Source of the DNA: Hyphomicrobiaceae bacterium
GTDB lineage: Bacteria; Pseudomonadota; Alphaproteobacteria; Rhizobiales; Devosiaceae
Reading direction: 5' to 3'
Length of the DNA stretch: 64,000 nt
Assembly (NCBI GenBank): GCA_020638065.1
Contig: JACKJG010000013.1
Coordinates: 19,058 to 83,057 of the forward strand
Below are positions 1-12,974 of this stretch, piece after piece. The stretch's first letter is position 1, and each line of letters begins with the position of its first letter. A program made the translations under genes and the position numbers. The notes beneath the pieces were generated by a model, which worked only from the letters and a program-made list of their open reading frames with translations, was not told the origin of the DNA and searched no databases.

Positions 1-598
1 ATTCGACACCGTCTTCCTGCCTGGCTGGGAGGAAGGACTATTCCCCAATCAGCGCGCCCTCGACGAAACCGGCCGCGCCGGGCTCGAAGAAGAGCGCCGG
101 CTTGCTTACGTCGGCATCACCCGTGCCCGCAAACGTGCCCACATTTCGCTGGCGCAGAACCGGCGCACCCACGGCCTCTGGAACTCGGCCATCCCCTCGC
201 GCTTCCTCGATGAACTGCCAGAGGAAGTGGTCGAGATCACCGACACCGGCTTCTCCTATGGCGGGGTCAATTATGGCGGACGCAACTCCGCTTCCCGCTT
301 CGACACGTCCGACCCGTTCGACGCCATTTACGAAACACCGGGCTGGAAGCGCGCGCAAGCCAACCGCACCCGCAATGCCTCCCGCTCCCGCGACCGTGGC
401 CCGTTGACCATCGATGGCGAACTCGTCGCCCGCTCGGTCGATCACGGCTCCCCTTCGGCCTACAAGACCGGCGACAAAGTCCTTCACCTCAAATTCGGCC
501 CCGGCACGGTCGTGCATGTCGAAGGCAACAAACTCTCCATCGAGTTTGAAACGGTCGGACGGAAGAAGGTGTTGGACTCTTTTGTGAGGAAGGGGTGA
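1..598 (+). CDS. uvrD: UvrD/PcrA-type superfamily-1 DNA helicase, C-terminal part (5' end outside window)
   Basis: Frame 2 is open from the window edge to the stop at 596-598. Translation FDTVFLPGWEEGLFPNQRALDE..EERRLAYVGITRARKRAHIS..PSRFLDELPEE matches the motif VI region and tail of UvrD (E. coli: MEEGMFPS..EEERRLAYVGVTRA..PSRFIGELPEE). The C-terminal GDKVLHLKFGPGTVV..G.KKV is the usual UvrD C-terminal small domain. Confidence 0.88.
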   Translation, partial: FDTVFLPGWEEGLFPNQRALDETGRAGLEEERRLAYVGITRARKRAHISLAQNRRTHGLWNSAIPSRFLDELPEEVVEITDTGFSYGGVNYGGRNSASRFDTSDPFDAIYETPGWKRAQANRTRNASRSRDRGPLTIDGELVARSVDHGSPSAYKTGDKVLHLKFGPGTVVHVEGNKLSIEFETVGRKKVLDSFVRKG

Positions 599-767
599 GA
601 GACCGGTTGGCGCATAGCGCCAATACGGCGATCCAGTGAATCGCCGAAAGGTCTCGAACGCCGAGGAGGTGCAAAGCACCGGGGTCCCCGGCAGGGATGA
701 ACGCGAGGGCGGGTGCCGAAGGCACCGAACGGCGCGACGAGCGCAGTAACCTACCTGCACTCAATTC

Positions 768-1745
768 ATGAGTTTCGTTCGAAACTGGCGGGAGGCCGAC
801 GTGCTTTATCTACCCGAAATTCTAAATCGCCACAATTTGTTCTTGGCCTTAAACGGCCTCAATAAACCTACTCCAACATTTAGTGACCTAAAGGAGGCGA
901 TTATTAATCACGGATCCGATGCATTCCAACGCATGGAACGAATACGTGGACTGAATGAACGCATACTAGTTGAGTTTAGCTTGTTCGCAGACCAAATGCA
1001 TCTTATCAGTGAGGAAAGGGTGGTCTTTGCATCTCAGTCCATGGGATCAATCCTTACCGAGATATCGCCGTTCTTTGCGACGCTGCGGGTTCTTCAAAAC
1101 AAAATATTGGCCCTAATTAGTGCGTGGGAGAGTGTCCGACTCCCGTCGAGCATGAGCGACCTCTGCAAAAAACCTGAAAAGTACAATTTATCCGTTGAGG
1201 CGAGACAACTGATTCAAAAATACTGGGAAACGTCTGGAAAACACATCAAATTTTATCGCGATATTGATCAACACAATTTCAGCAGGACGGACCTCACTTC
1301 ACGATATTTCGTAAGATTTGTGCCTGAGCTCGTCACATATATTGAACTGCCTGATTATCAAGCGACGCGGAATGAGTCTGCTTTCACGTATGACAACAAA
1401 ATTAATGCGTTAGAGTTTTTAGATGAAGCCGCCTACCAGATTCACGAGCTCATCGAAAACCTTGCCAAGTCCTACGGCGCAACGCCTACGCCCCATCGTG
1501 ATAGTGTGCGTTTGGATCAACTCGGAGAGCTGGTCCCGCGGCGATACCGTACGATCGCGGTTATGTACGAAAGCAGAGTTCAGCATGTTGGTGACAAGAA
1601 CGTCCTAAATATCAAGGCCCTTCGCATTGACCAAAATGAGGATGGCAAGATGACTCTGCAACAAATGACTTTAGATGACGATCAACTGAAGAAGGCGTCA
1701 AGTCTTTACGGCATTGCGGGTGATCGACGGCCGGATGCTGAGTGA
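768..1745 (+). CDS. Hypothetical protein (325 aa), AT-rich orphan gene with no recognisable domain
   Basis: Uninterrupted 978-nt ORF in a stretch that is clearly AT-richer than all flanking DNA. Codon usage is A/T-ending rather than the G/C-ending usage of neighbouring genes. No Shine-Dalgarno is obvious upstream of the ATG at 768. I recognise no motif. Confidence 0.6.
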   Translation: MSFVRNWREADVLYLPEILNRHNLFLALNGLNKPTPTFSDLKEAIINHGSDAFQRMERIRGLNERILVEFSLFADQMHLISEERVVFASQSMGSILTEISPFFATLRVLQNKILALISAWESVRLPSSMSDLCKKPEKYNLSVEARQLIQKYWETSGKHIKFYRDIDQHNFSRTDLTSRYFVRFVPELVTYIELPDYQATRNESAFTYDNKINALEFLDEAAYQIHELIENLAKSYGATPTPHRDSVRLDQLGELVPRRYRTIAVMYESRVQHVGDKNVLNIKALRIDQNEDGKMTLQQMTLDDDQLKKASSLYGIAGDRRPDAE

Positions 1746-1884
1746 CCAGAATCCATTCGGCGCTTCGGCAAACCCCATCAACTAACCGGCGAAGGCCGGA
1801 ATCCATTGAACCCATCACCTGCTACGAGCCAAGATCAATCCACTCACGCAACCCACACCCGCGAAACCAGGTAGCGTGAATGGA

Positions 1885-2138
1885 CCCCGGCCTACGCCGG
1901 GGTGACGATTGAGTATGCCGCGCCCCTTCTGCCTTCCCTGCCCTCGGGGTCCGCCCTTCAGCCCGCTTAGGAGGCGCACCATGAGGGCTGCCGAATGGTT
2001 GTCTTCACCCATTCTCCGCACCGTCCCGGCCTCCGAGCCAGGACCTCGCGCAACCGATAGCGGCCCCGGATCAAGCCCGGGGTAGCGCGAGTTGTGGGCC
2101 CACAAACGCCACCGTAATTACCCGGCCTAGCGGGTAAT
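1885..2138. repeat. Cluster of GC-rich perfect hairpins / palindromes (REP-like or structured RNA)
   Basis: Four elements. CCCCGG-N6-CCGGGG at 1885-1902. Nested CTCGCGC..(CCCCGG-N-CCGGGG)..GCGCGAG at 2045-2091. A 14-nt perfect palindrome TTGTGGGCCCACAA at 2092-2105. ATTACCCG-GCCTAG-CGGGTAAT at 2117-2138. No convincing ORF covers them. Confidence 0.45.
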
Positions 2139-2226
2139 CCAGCATCGCAAATGTCCTTCAGTTTCGCGTCAGCTTCATGTGCCATGAGCGATCCGGGCGA
2201 TCCTGCCCGAACAGGGAATACTGAGT

Positions 2227-2403
2227 ATGAACGTATCTGGAGTATCTGGCGCATTGCCGGTCCGGAGCATTGCTCCAGCCGAAGCGTCGGAGGGGCCGGG
2301 ACCTGACAAGGTCAACGATCATGACGCCGACGATGTTGGCGCCGCCCCGGTTCAAGCCGCGACCCCTTCCAATGTGGGCCGGCTGGTCGATATTTCGGCC
2401 TGA
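2227..2403 (+). CDS. Small ORF, 58 aa (MNVSGVSGALP...NVGRLVDISA), paralog of 2924-3100
   Basis: Found by manual translation; it is below the ORF-track cutoff. An AGGGA-type purine-rich stretch lies about 10 nt upstream. It has the same length (177 nt), the same MNV start and the same G-x-[LF]-VDI-[SR]-A end as the ORF at 2924-3100. Confidence 0.3.
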   Translation: MNVSGVSGALPVRSIAPAEASEGPGPDKVNDHDADDVGAAPVQAATPSNVGRLVDISA

Positions 2404-2525
2404 CGCCTGACAGGGAGGCGTCCCTTGAATGCGGCTGCCGCTAAAATGGCGGCACTCAACTTAGCCTTTTCTTGACGTTCGGCGCGCAGCATGCCGCTCC
2501 GGCACTCCGTCCGGGAGGCATTCTG

Positions 2526-2771
2526 ATGACCGAAATGCTCTTTGGCGCACTCTCCATGGCCGTTTTGCTCGTGCGCATCATCAAGGGGCCATGGATGCGC
2601 AATCCGCAATATCTGGCTGCTGCGCTGGTGGGTGCCGTGGCGCTCTCACTGGGACTCGGCGCATTGTCCCCGGACCTCGAAAACGATCTCATCGTGGGCA
2701 CTCTCGCGGGTGGCGTTGGCGCCTGGATCGGTATCTATCTGTTCGATCTCACTCAGGCAGGTGATTTCTGA
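2526..2771 (+). CDS. Small two/three-helix membrane protein, possibly GlsB/YeaQ/YmgE (transglycosylase-associated) family
   Basis: ATG at 2526 is preceded by GGGAGG. The 81-aa product has hydrophobic segments with small-residue motifs (LIVGTLAGGVGAWIGIYLF) typical of that family. The family call is from memory. Confidence 0.5.
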   Translation: MTEMLFGALSMAVLLVRIIKGPWMRNPQYLAAALVGAVALSLGLGALSPDLENDLIVGTLAGGVGAWIGIYLFDLTQAGDF

Positions 2772-2923
2772 GGCCTTTTAGCCGCGTTGAATCGCCCTCT
2801 CAGCCGCCTCGGCCAACAACTTCAAAAGACTCGATTTCATTCAAATGCAATCGATCCTCGCAGCGCTTCGGTGACGCGTTGGCGCTAGTCTCGAAAACTC
2901 GTTCAGCTTGAGGGAGCAGACCG

Positions 2924-3100
2924 ATGAACGTTGGGGACGCAACCAACATTCCGCCGCAACGACCGACCGTACCGAGCGCACCGCTTGAGCCGGCACATGT
3001 CAAAAAGCAGGTGGAACAGCAAAAAACCGAGACATCCGACGCCGTGTCTGCACCGCCTCCGGCACCGCATACCGGCGCATTCGTCGATATCCGCGCCTGA
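2924..3100 (+). CDS. Small ORF, 58 aa (MNVGDATNIPP...HTGAFVDIRA), paralog of 2227-2403
   Basis: Manual translation. GAGGGAG lies 6-12 nt upstream of the ATG at 2924. The product is Pro/Ala-rich and low-complexity, with conserved MNV start and VDIRA end. The stop abuts the stop of the convergent gene at 3101. Confidence 0.35.
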   Translation: MNVGDATNIPPQRPTVPSAPLEPAHVKKQVEQQKTETSDAVSAPPPAPHTGAFVDIRA

Positions 3101-4177
3101 TCAGGCCTGCGGCTGCATCTCGATCGGTCCGGCCTCCGCCATCGCTCGGCAAAGGCTTGCGATCCCGTCGATGCGCGTCTGCACTTCCGGATCGGGATTG
3201 GGCCGGTTGATCATCTCCCAGAGGTTTCCCTCTTCCACGATGCCGAGCGCGCATTGGCAATAGCGCGTGCAATAGCCCGGCTCGCCGCCCTTGGCCCCGC
3301 AGGTCACCTCGCACTGCCCCTTGAAACCGGCCACCTGTTGCTCATGGCCAGGCTGCAGAAGCTGCGCCAGTCCAAACAGTACGCTGAAAATCACCAATTG
3401 GTGCAGAAGGTAAAGGATCAGGCTCCAGCGCCCGCACCAGATCAGGCCGCGCCAGATGAAATTGCCCGGCCGGAATGCGGCGAGCCTCGCGCCCCAGCCG
3501 CTATCGATCAGCACGCGACCAATCGCGACACCAACCAAAACCGCCCCGAATGACGGGAAAATTGGCACCAGGTCCTCGGTGTTGGGGTGCTCGGTCCAGA
3601 ACCCGATCCAGGCCAGCCACTTGTCGTTGAACATCGGGTTCGGCCAGAGATGCGGCGGCACGATGAAGATGGCGGAGGCAAGCAAGGTCAGCCAGACCGG
3701 CCAGCGCAGCGCCACAAGTCCCATCAGCGAATAGAGGGCGATGGCGTGCAGCACCCCGAAATAGACGAACGCGTCGCCAAAGGCGAAGAAGGTCACCAAC
3801 GTCACCGCCAGCGCCGCCGCCAGCAAGATCAGCCAGCGCCGCCAGAATTTTGGCCAGTCGACGCCATTGGCATGCGCCAGAACCAGACTCACCCCGACCA
3901 GTCCGAGAAAGGTGTTGACGAGAACCTTGGCAAACCCGAGCCAGATCGGGTCCCAGACCGGATCGAACGAGGTGAAGCTGAAGAAGCGCAGATCCCACAC
4001 GGTGTGGAACAGAATGACCCCGAGAATGGCCAGGCCCCGAACCACGTCGACAAGTTCGATGCGGGGCAAGCGGCGGCTTTCAGGCTCGGATTGGGTCAAC
4101 TTGGCTTCCGGAATCAAAACGGCGTCGCAACCATCATAGACGTCACGCCGGTGCACATCATCCCAAATCAAAGCCAT
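3101..4177 (-). CDS. DUF1624 / heparan-alpha-glucosaminide N-acetyltransferase-like polytopic membrane protein with Cys-rich C-terminal extension
   Basis: Start chosen at MALIWDD (ATG 4175-4177). RIELVDVVRGLAILGVILFHTVWDL plus about 8 further hydrophobic helices is the DUF1624 acyltransferase-like pattern. The C-terminal 72 aa are soluble with 6 Cys. Confidence 0.7.
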   Translation of the reverse strand: MALIWDDVHRRDVYDGCDAVLIPEAKLTQSEPESRRLPRIELVDVVRGLAILGVILFHTVWDLRFFSFTSFDPVWDPIWLGFAKVLVNTFLGLVGVSLVLAHANGVDWPKFWRRWLILLAAALAVTLVTFFAFGDAFVYFGVLHAIALYSLMGLVALRWPVWLTLLASAIFIVPPHLWPNPMFNDKWLAWIGFWTEHPNTEDLVPIFPSFGAVLVGVAIGRVLIDSGWGARLAAFRPGNFIWRGLIWCGRWSLILYLLHQLVIFSVLFGLAQLLQPGHEQQVAGFKGQCEVTCGAKGGEPGYCTRYCQCALGIVEEGNLWEMINRPNPDPEVQTRIDGIASLCRAMAEAGPIEMQPQA

Positions 4178-4252
4178 CCGTTTACCCCGCTTTGCGGCTG
4201 CGATTGACGCGCTGCATTCGAGGTGGGAAGGAAGGCACAACCGGAGACGGAA

Positions 4253-5152
4253 ATGTCCGAATTGCCGCCAAATTACGATCCGTTCGACCAGCCTGCGCGA
4301 AAAATCGCCGGAATGTCCCGCGCCGAGGCTTGGCAGCTTGTGGATGCCGTTTCCGAGCGCGACGATCTGGCGCTCAGCGCCGCAGCCTACGAACTCGAGG
4401 ACGGGTCATGGGCCATCGAAGCCACATGCGATGGCGAGCCGGAACTTGAATCGTTTTCTGAGCTGGCGCGCCAAACCCTTGGCGGCGACATCACTTTTTC
4501 AAAGGAGCGGGTCGATCCGGAAATCGACTGGGTGTCGCGCACACAAGAAGGTCTGGCGCCGGTTCTGGCCGGTGGCTTTTTCATTCACGGCAGCCATGAC
4601 CGGGCAAATGCACCCGCCGGAGCGCGCGCCATCGAAATCGACGCGGCCCAAGCGTTTGGAACCGGCCACCACGAGACGACGACGGGCTGCCTCGAAGCCA
4701 TCGATACGATCTTGAGAGTCGAGCGTCCGCGCCACGTGATCGATGTGGGAACGGGCACCGGCGTTCTGGCAATCGCGTTGGCCAAGAGACTCCGCCAGCC
4801 GATCATTGCCACTGACATCGATCCGGTTGCGGTCAGAATTGCATCACAAAACGCGAAAAAGAACGGCGTCGCCGCCTTCGTGCGCCCGTTTCAGGCGACC
4901 GGCATGGATCACGCCGAAATCATCAGGGAAGCGCCTTACGACCTGATCGTCGCCAATATTCTGGCAAAGCCGTTGGTTGCGCTTGCCGCCGACATGGCCG
5001 AACTTGCCACACCGCGGGCTCATCTTGTCCTGTCCGGACTTCTCACGGAGCAGGCGCCCCGCGTGCTCGCGGCCTATAGGGCCACGGGCTTCGTGCTCAA
5101 GCGCCGCCTCATTCGTGGGAACTGGGCGACGCTTATCCTTGGTCGCGGCTGA
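4253..5152 (+). CDS. prmA: Ribosomal protein L11 methyltransferase
   Basis: FGTGHHETTTGCLEAI and the SAM motif VIDVGTGTGVLAIALAK are PrmA hallmarks. ATG at 4253 is preceded by GGAGACGG; the ORF track starts at an upstream GTG at 4223. Confidence 0.88.
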   Translation: MSELPPNYDPFDQPARKIAGMSRAEAWQLVDAVSERDDLALSAAAYELEDGSWAIEATCDGEPELESFSELARQTLGGDITFSKERVDPEIDWVSRTQEGLAPVLAGGFFIHGSHDRANAPAGARAIEIDAAQAFGTGHHETTTGCLEAIDTILRVERPRHVIDVGTGTGVLAIALAKRLRQPIIATDIDPVAVRIASQNAKKNGVAAFVRPFQATGMDHAEIIREAPYDLIVANILAKPLVALAADMAELATPRAHLVLSGLLTEQAPRVLAAYRATGFVLKRRLIRGNWATLILGRG

Positions 5153-5284
5153 TTAGCGGCCGTTCTTCGGCGCGTCGAACTCGAACATGTGCCGGTAATG
5201 TGCGACTTCATATTCAGCCTGACGCTTGCGGGCTTCAACCATCGCATCATAGGCGCGGGCGAAGAAATTCTTGTGCTCAGACAT
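5153..5284 (-). CDS. Small ORF, 43 aa (MSEHKNFFARAYDAMVEARKRQAEYEVAHYRHMFEFDAPKNGR)
   Basis: Manual translation, below the ORF-track cutoff. A strong AAGGAGA Shine-Dalgarno lies 6 nt upstream of the ATG (5282-5284 on minus). It fills the prmA-pepP intergenic gap. Confidence 0.4.
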   Translation of the reverse strand: MSEHKNFFARAYDAMVEARKRQAEYEVAHYRHMFEFDAPKNGR

Positions 5285-5433
5285 GTCCGTCTCCTTCATT
5301 GTTAGCCGCCCTTGCGGCAACAGCTCAAAGATAGACCTGTTGCGAACCGCGAGTTAGGTCTTGCAACGCAATAGAGATATGCCACTCTCGCATACCGGAT
5401 TAACGATCCCTGAATTCCTGTTCGAGAGCCTGC

Positions 5434-7256
5434 ATGCCGAAGACTGATTTTCCCCCTGCCGTCTATCAATCTTTTGAGGAAAAGACCGATCCCGCCTCAG
5501 TCGCGCCCCGCATCGCGGCCCTGCGTGAATTGCTGAAGCGCGAGAATATCGATGCTTTCCTTGTGCCCCGAACCGATGCGCACCGGGGTGAAAACGTGCC
5601 GGAAAGCGAAGAACGGTTGGCCTACATTACCGGTTTCACCGGTTCGGCAGGCATCGCCGTCATCGCCCGCGAAAAGGCAGCCCTGTTCGTCGACGGCCGC
5701 TATCAATTGCAGGCCCCCGCCCAGACCGACACCAGCATTGTCCAGCTCATGAACATCCCAGAGGACAAGGTCAGCGACTGGATTACTGATAATCTGCACC
5801 CCGGCGCCATCGTCGGATACGATCCTTGGCTGCACACGGTTTCCGAAATCGCGACGCTCGCCAACGAAATCGGCGCCGCCGAAAAACTGCGCCCCATCCG
5901 CAACCTCATCGACGAGATCTGGACAGACCGCCCTGCCCCGCCCATGGGCCCGATCGAAATTCTCGGCACCAACCGTGCCGGCAAAGCCAGCCGGGTGAAA
6001 ATTAGCGACCTCGAAAGGGAACTGGCAAAGCATAAGGCCGACGCGCTGGTCATGAGCTTGCCCGAGAGCATCTGCTGGCTCTTCAACATCCGCGGCCGCG
6101 ACGTGCCACACACACCGGTTGCCCATTCCTATGCCATCGTGCCTGCTGCCGAGCGCCCACGCCTCTATGTCGACGCCGGCAAGCTTTCCGCGCCGATCCG
6201 CGAGGCACTGGCCGCCGACATCGACATCAAGGACCCGGAAGAGTTTATCGCCGACGTCGAAGCCCTGTCCCAAGCGGGCAAGGTGTTGTGGATCGATCCG
6301 TCAACTGCTCCGGTCGCCGTAAAGCATCTGATTGCCGAAAACGGCGGTCAATTGGTCGAGAACGCTGACCCGACCCACCACGCCAAGACCATCAAGAACG
6401 AGGTCGAGGTGGCCGGTATGCGCGAAGCGCACCATCGCCACGGCGTTGCGATGACCCGTTTCCTCAAATGGTTCGACGATGCCGTTGCAGCGGGCGAAAC
6501 ACTGAACGAAATCGGCATCGTCGACGCGCTTGAGAGCTTCACGCGCATGGACGACACGCTTGTCGATATCGGCTTCGATGCCATATCCGGCGCGGGGCCG
6601 GATGGCGCCATCATCCATTACCGCGTCACCGAGAAGTCCAACCGCGTGCTGGGCAAGAACGAGATCATGCTCGTCGATTGCGGCGGACAATATCTCTCCG
6701 GCACCACGGACATCACCCGCACCATGGCGACCGGCGCCCATTCGGCGCAGGAAAAGGACCACTTCACCCGAGTTCTCAAGGGCATGATCGGCATTTCAAC
6801 CCTTGTGTTCCCCAAGGGCACGAACGGCGCACAGATCGACGCAATTGCCCGCAAGGCGCTCTGGGACGTCGGCCTCGACTATCGTCACGGCACCGGCCAC
6901 GGCGTTGGCGCCTTTCTCGGTGTCCATGAATCCCCTCCAGGCATCGGCCCGCGCTACACCATGATCATCGAGTCCGGAATGATCCTGTCCAACGAACCGG
7001 GCTATTACCTCCCAGGCGCCTATGGCATCCGCATCGAGAACCTGATCCATGCGATCCCGCATCCCGAATTCGAGAACTTCATCGCTTTCGAAACCCTGAC
7101 GCTCGCGCCGATCGACACCAGACTGGTCGACATCTCCCTGCTGACCCCCGCGGAGCGAGACTGGCTGAACGCCTATCACGCGCGCGTGCTGTCCGAAATC
7201 GGTCCGTTGGTCGAGGAGGATGTGCGTGCGTGGCTGGAGAAAGCAACCAAAGCCAT

Positions 7257-7260
<4 letters not shown>
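5434..7260 (+). CDS. pepP: Xaa-Pro aminopeptidase (M24B family, aminopeptidase P type)
   Basis: 608 aa. The C-terminal pita-bread fold metal ligands are present in DCGGQY..TDITRT, HGTGHGVGAFLGVHE, SNEPGYY and IRIEN. An N-terminal creatinase-like domain is present. Confidence 0.9.
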
Positions 7261-11823
<4,563 letters not shown>

Positions 11824-11933
11824 GCGGACAGGCTGCTCCGGCAAACGAGAACAAATAGTGAATATTTGTAGCGGCAAACTCGCAATCCGGCAAGCGAAAC
11901 GCTGCGCTCAGCAATCCGCCTGCGGAATCGGAC

Positions 11934-12788
11934 TTAGCCGTTCAGGTTTACCGTATCGGAAATCCAGTTGCCCGCAACCTGTTCCGGCGCCAGTCCTTGT
12001 TGCTGCAACAGATTGAATGCGCGCTGATACCAGTCGCTCGACGGATAATTGAGGCCCAGAACCGCTGCCGCAGTCTTTGCTTCGTTGGTCAGCCCCAGGA
12101 TCAGGTAACCTTCGGTCAGACGGAACAGAGCTTCCTCGATATGTGTCGAGGTCTGGTACTTCTCCACCACCGTACGGAAACGGTTGATTGCAGCCGTCGT
12201 CTGGCCGTTGCCGAGATAATAGCGGCCAACGGACATTTCCTTGCCGGCCAGCTGATCGTAGGCGAGACGAATGCCCTCGCGTGCATCGTCGACATATTCC
12301 GACTGCGGATAGGTCGAAATCAGCAAACTGTAGGTATCGATCGTATCCTGCGCCAATTGCTGATCGCGGGTAATGTCCTTGATCTGCGCGTAGAGCGACG
12401 TGCCTTTGAGATAGAGAATATACGGCACTTCCGGCGACGACGGGTAGATGGCCAGATAACGATCGGCCGCCAGTACCGCGTCCTCATACTTGCCGCGACG
12501 GAAGTTGATGTAGACGGTCATCAACTTCGCCTTTTCGGCATATTCGGAATAGGGATGCTGGCGCTCGAGCTTTTCGAGATCGGAAATGGCAGTGTTGAAA
12601 TACTGCTTGTCCATGTTGTCCAGCGCCGACTGATAAAGTGTGTCGGCGGGGATGATCGGCTCTTCTTCGATTTTTTGCGGGCCGAAAAGGTTGAATCCGC
12701 TGCACGCAGCCAGAACCGTTACAAGGGCCAGGGCCATGGAAACGCGCACGGCCTGCCGTGCCAGAAACTTCAACTCATTCCGCTTCAC
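11934..12788 (-). CDS. bamD: Outer membrane protein assembly factor BamD (YfiO lipoprotein)
   Basis: Lipobox LAAC-S follows a basic n-region when started at GTG 12788 (VKRNELKFLARQ..). TPR-like content (YQSALDNMDKQYFNTAISDLEKL.., PYILYLKG..) is typical of BamD. The position between lpxC and recN is common in alphaproteobacteria. The start codon is uncertain; the track ORF begins at 12884. Confidence 0.82.
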   Translation of the reverse strand: MKRNELKFLARQAVRVSMALALVTVLAACSGFNLFGPQKIEEEPIIPADTLYQSALDNMDKQYFNTAISDLEKLERQHPYSEYAEKAKLMTVYINFRRGKYEDAVLAADRYLAIYPSSPEVPYILYLKGTSLYAQIKDITRDQQLAQDTIDTYSLLISTYPQSEYVDDAREGIRLAYDQLAGKEMSVGRYYLGNGQTTAAINRFRTVVEKYQTSTHIEEALFRLTEGYLILGLTNEAKTAAAVLGLNYPSSDWYQRAFNLLQQQGLAPEQVAGNWISDTVNLNG

Positions 12789-12974
12789 GAAGAACTTCCC
12801 CAACCTCGGCCGACGCCAATTCGTCTGTGGCTCCCAACGCGCATTGACGGCGGTACCGCAAGCAAATACCGGCCGCAACACCAATATGTTGCACCTTCAA
12901 ATTCCGGCAACAACTCATAGCAGTGCGGCCCTACGCTGGAAATAGTCCAAAACTGTGACACTGAAAAGTGAAGG

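Noticed and set aside
1815-2355. ORFs 1815-2105 (-), 1967-2254 (-) and 2158-2355 (-) in the gene-free stretch after the orphan gene.
   Set aside because: They run through the GC-rich hairpins and palindromes and give G/P/R-rich products (RYPGLDPGPLSVARGPGSEAG...). No RBS or motif is present, so they were treated as non-coding structured DNA.
2340-2375. Possible tRNA fragment suggested by GGTTCAAGCC (T-loop-like) at about 2349.
   Set aside because: The flanking bases cannot form a T-stem or acceptor stem. No cloverleaf could be drawn here or in any other intergenic region of the window.
3587-4207. 206-aa ORF on + opposite the DUF1624 membrane protein, and 3501-3998 (-) in another frame.
   Set aside because: The highly charged Arg/Glu/His/Gln-rich translation is typical of the antisense of a hydrophobic membrane-protein gene. 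The minus-strand frame gives a coherent polytopic protein.
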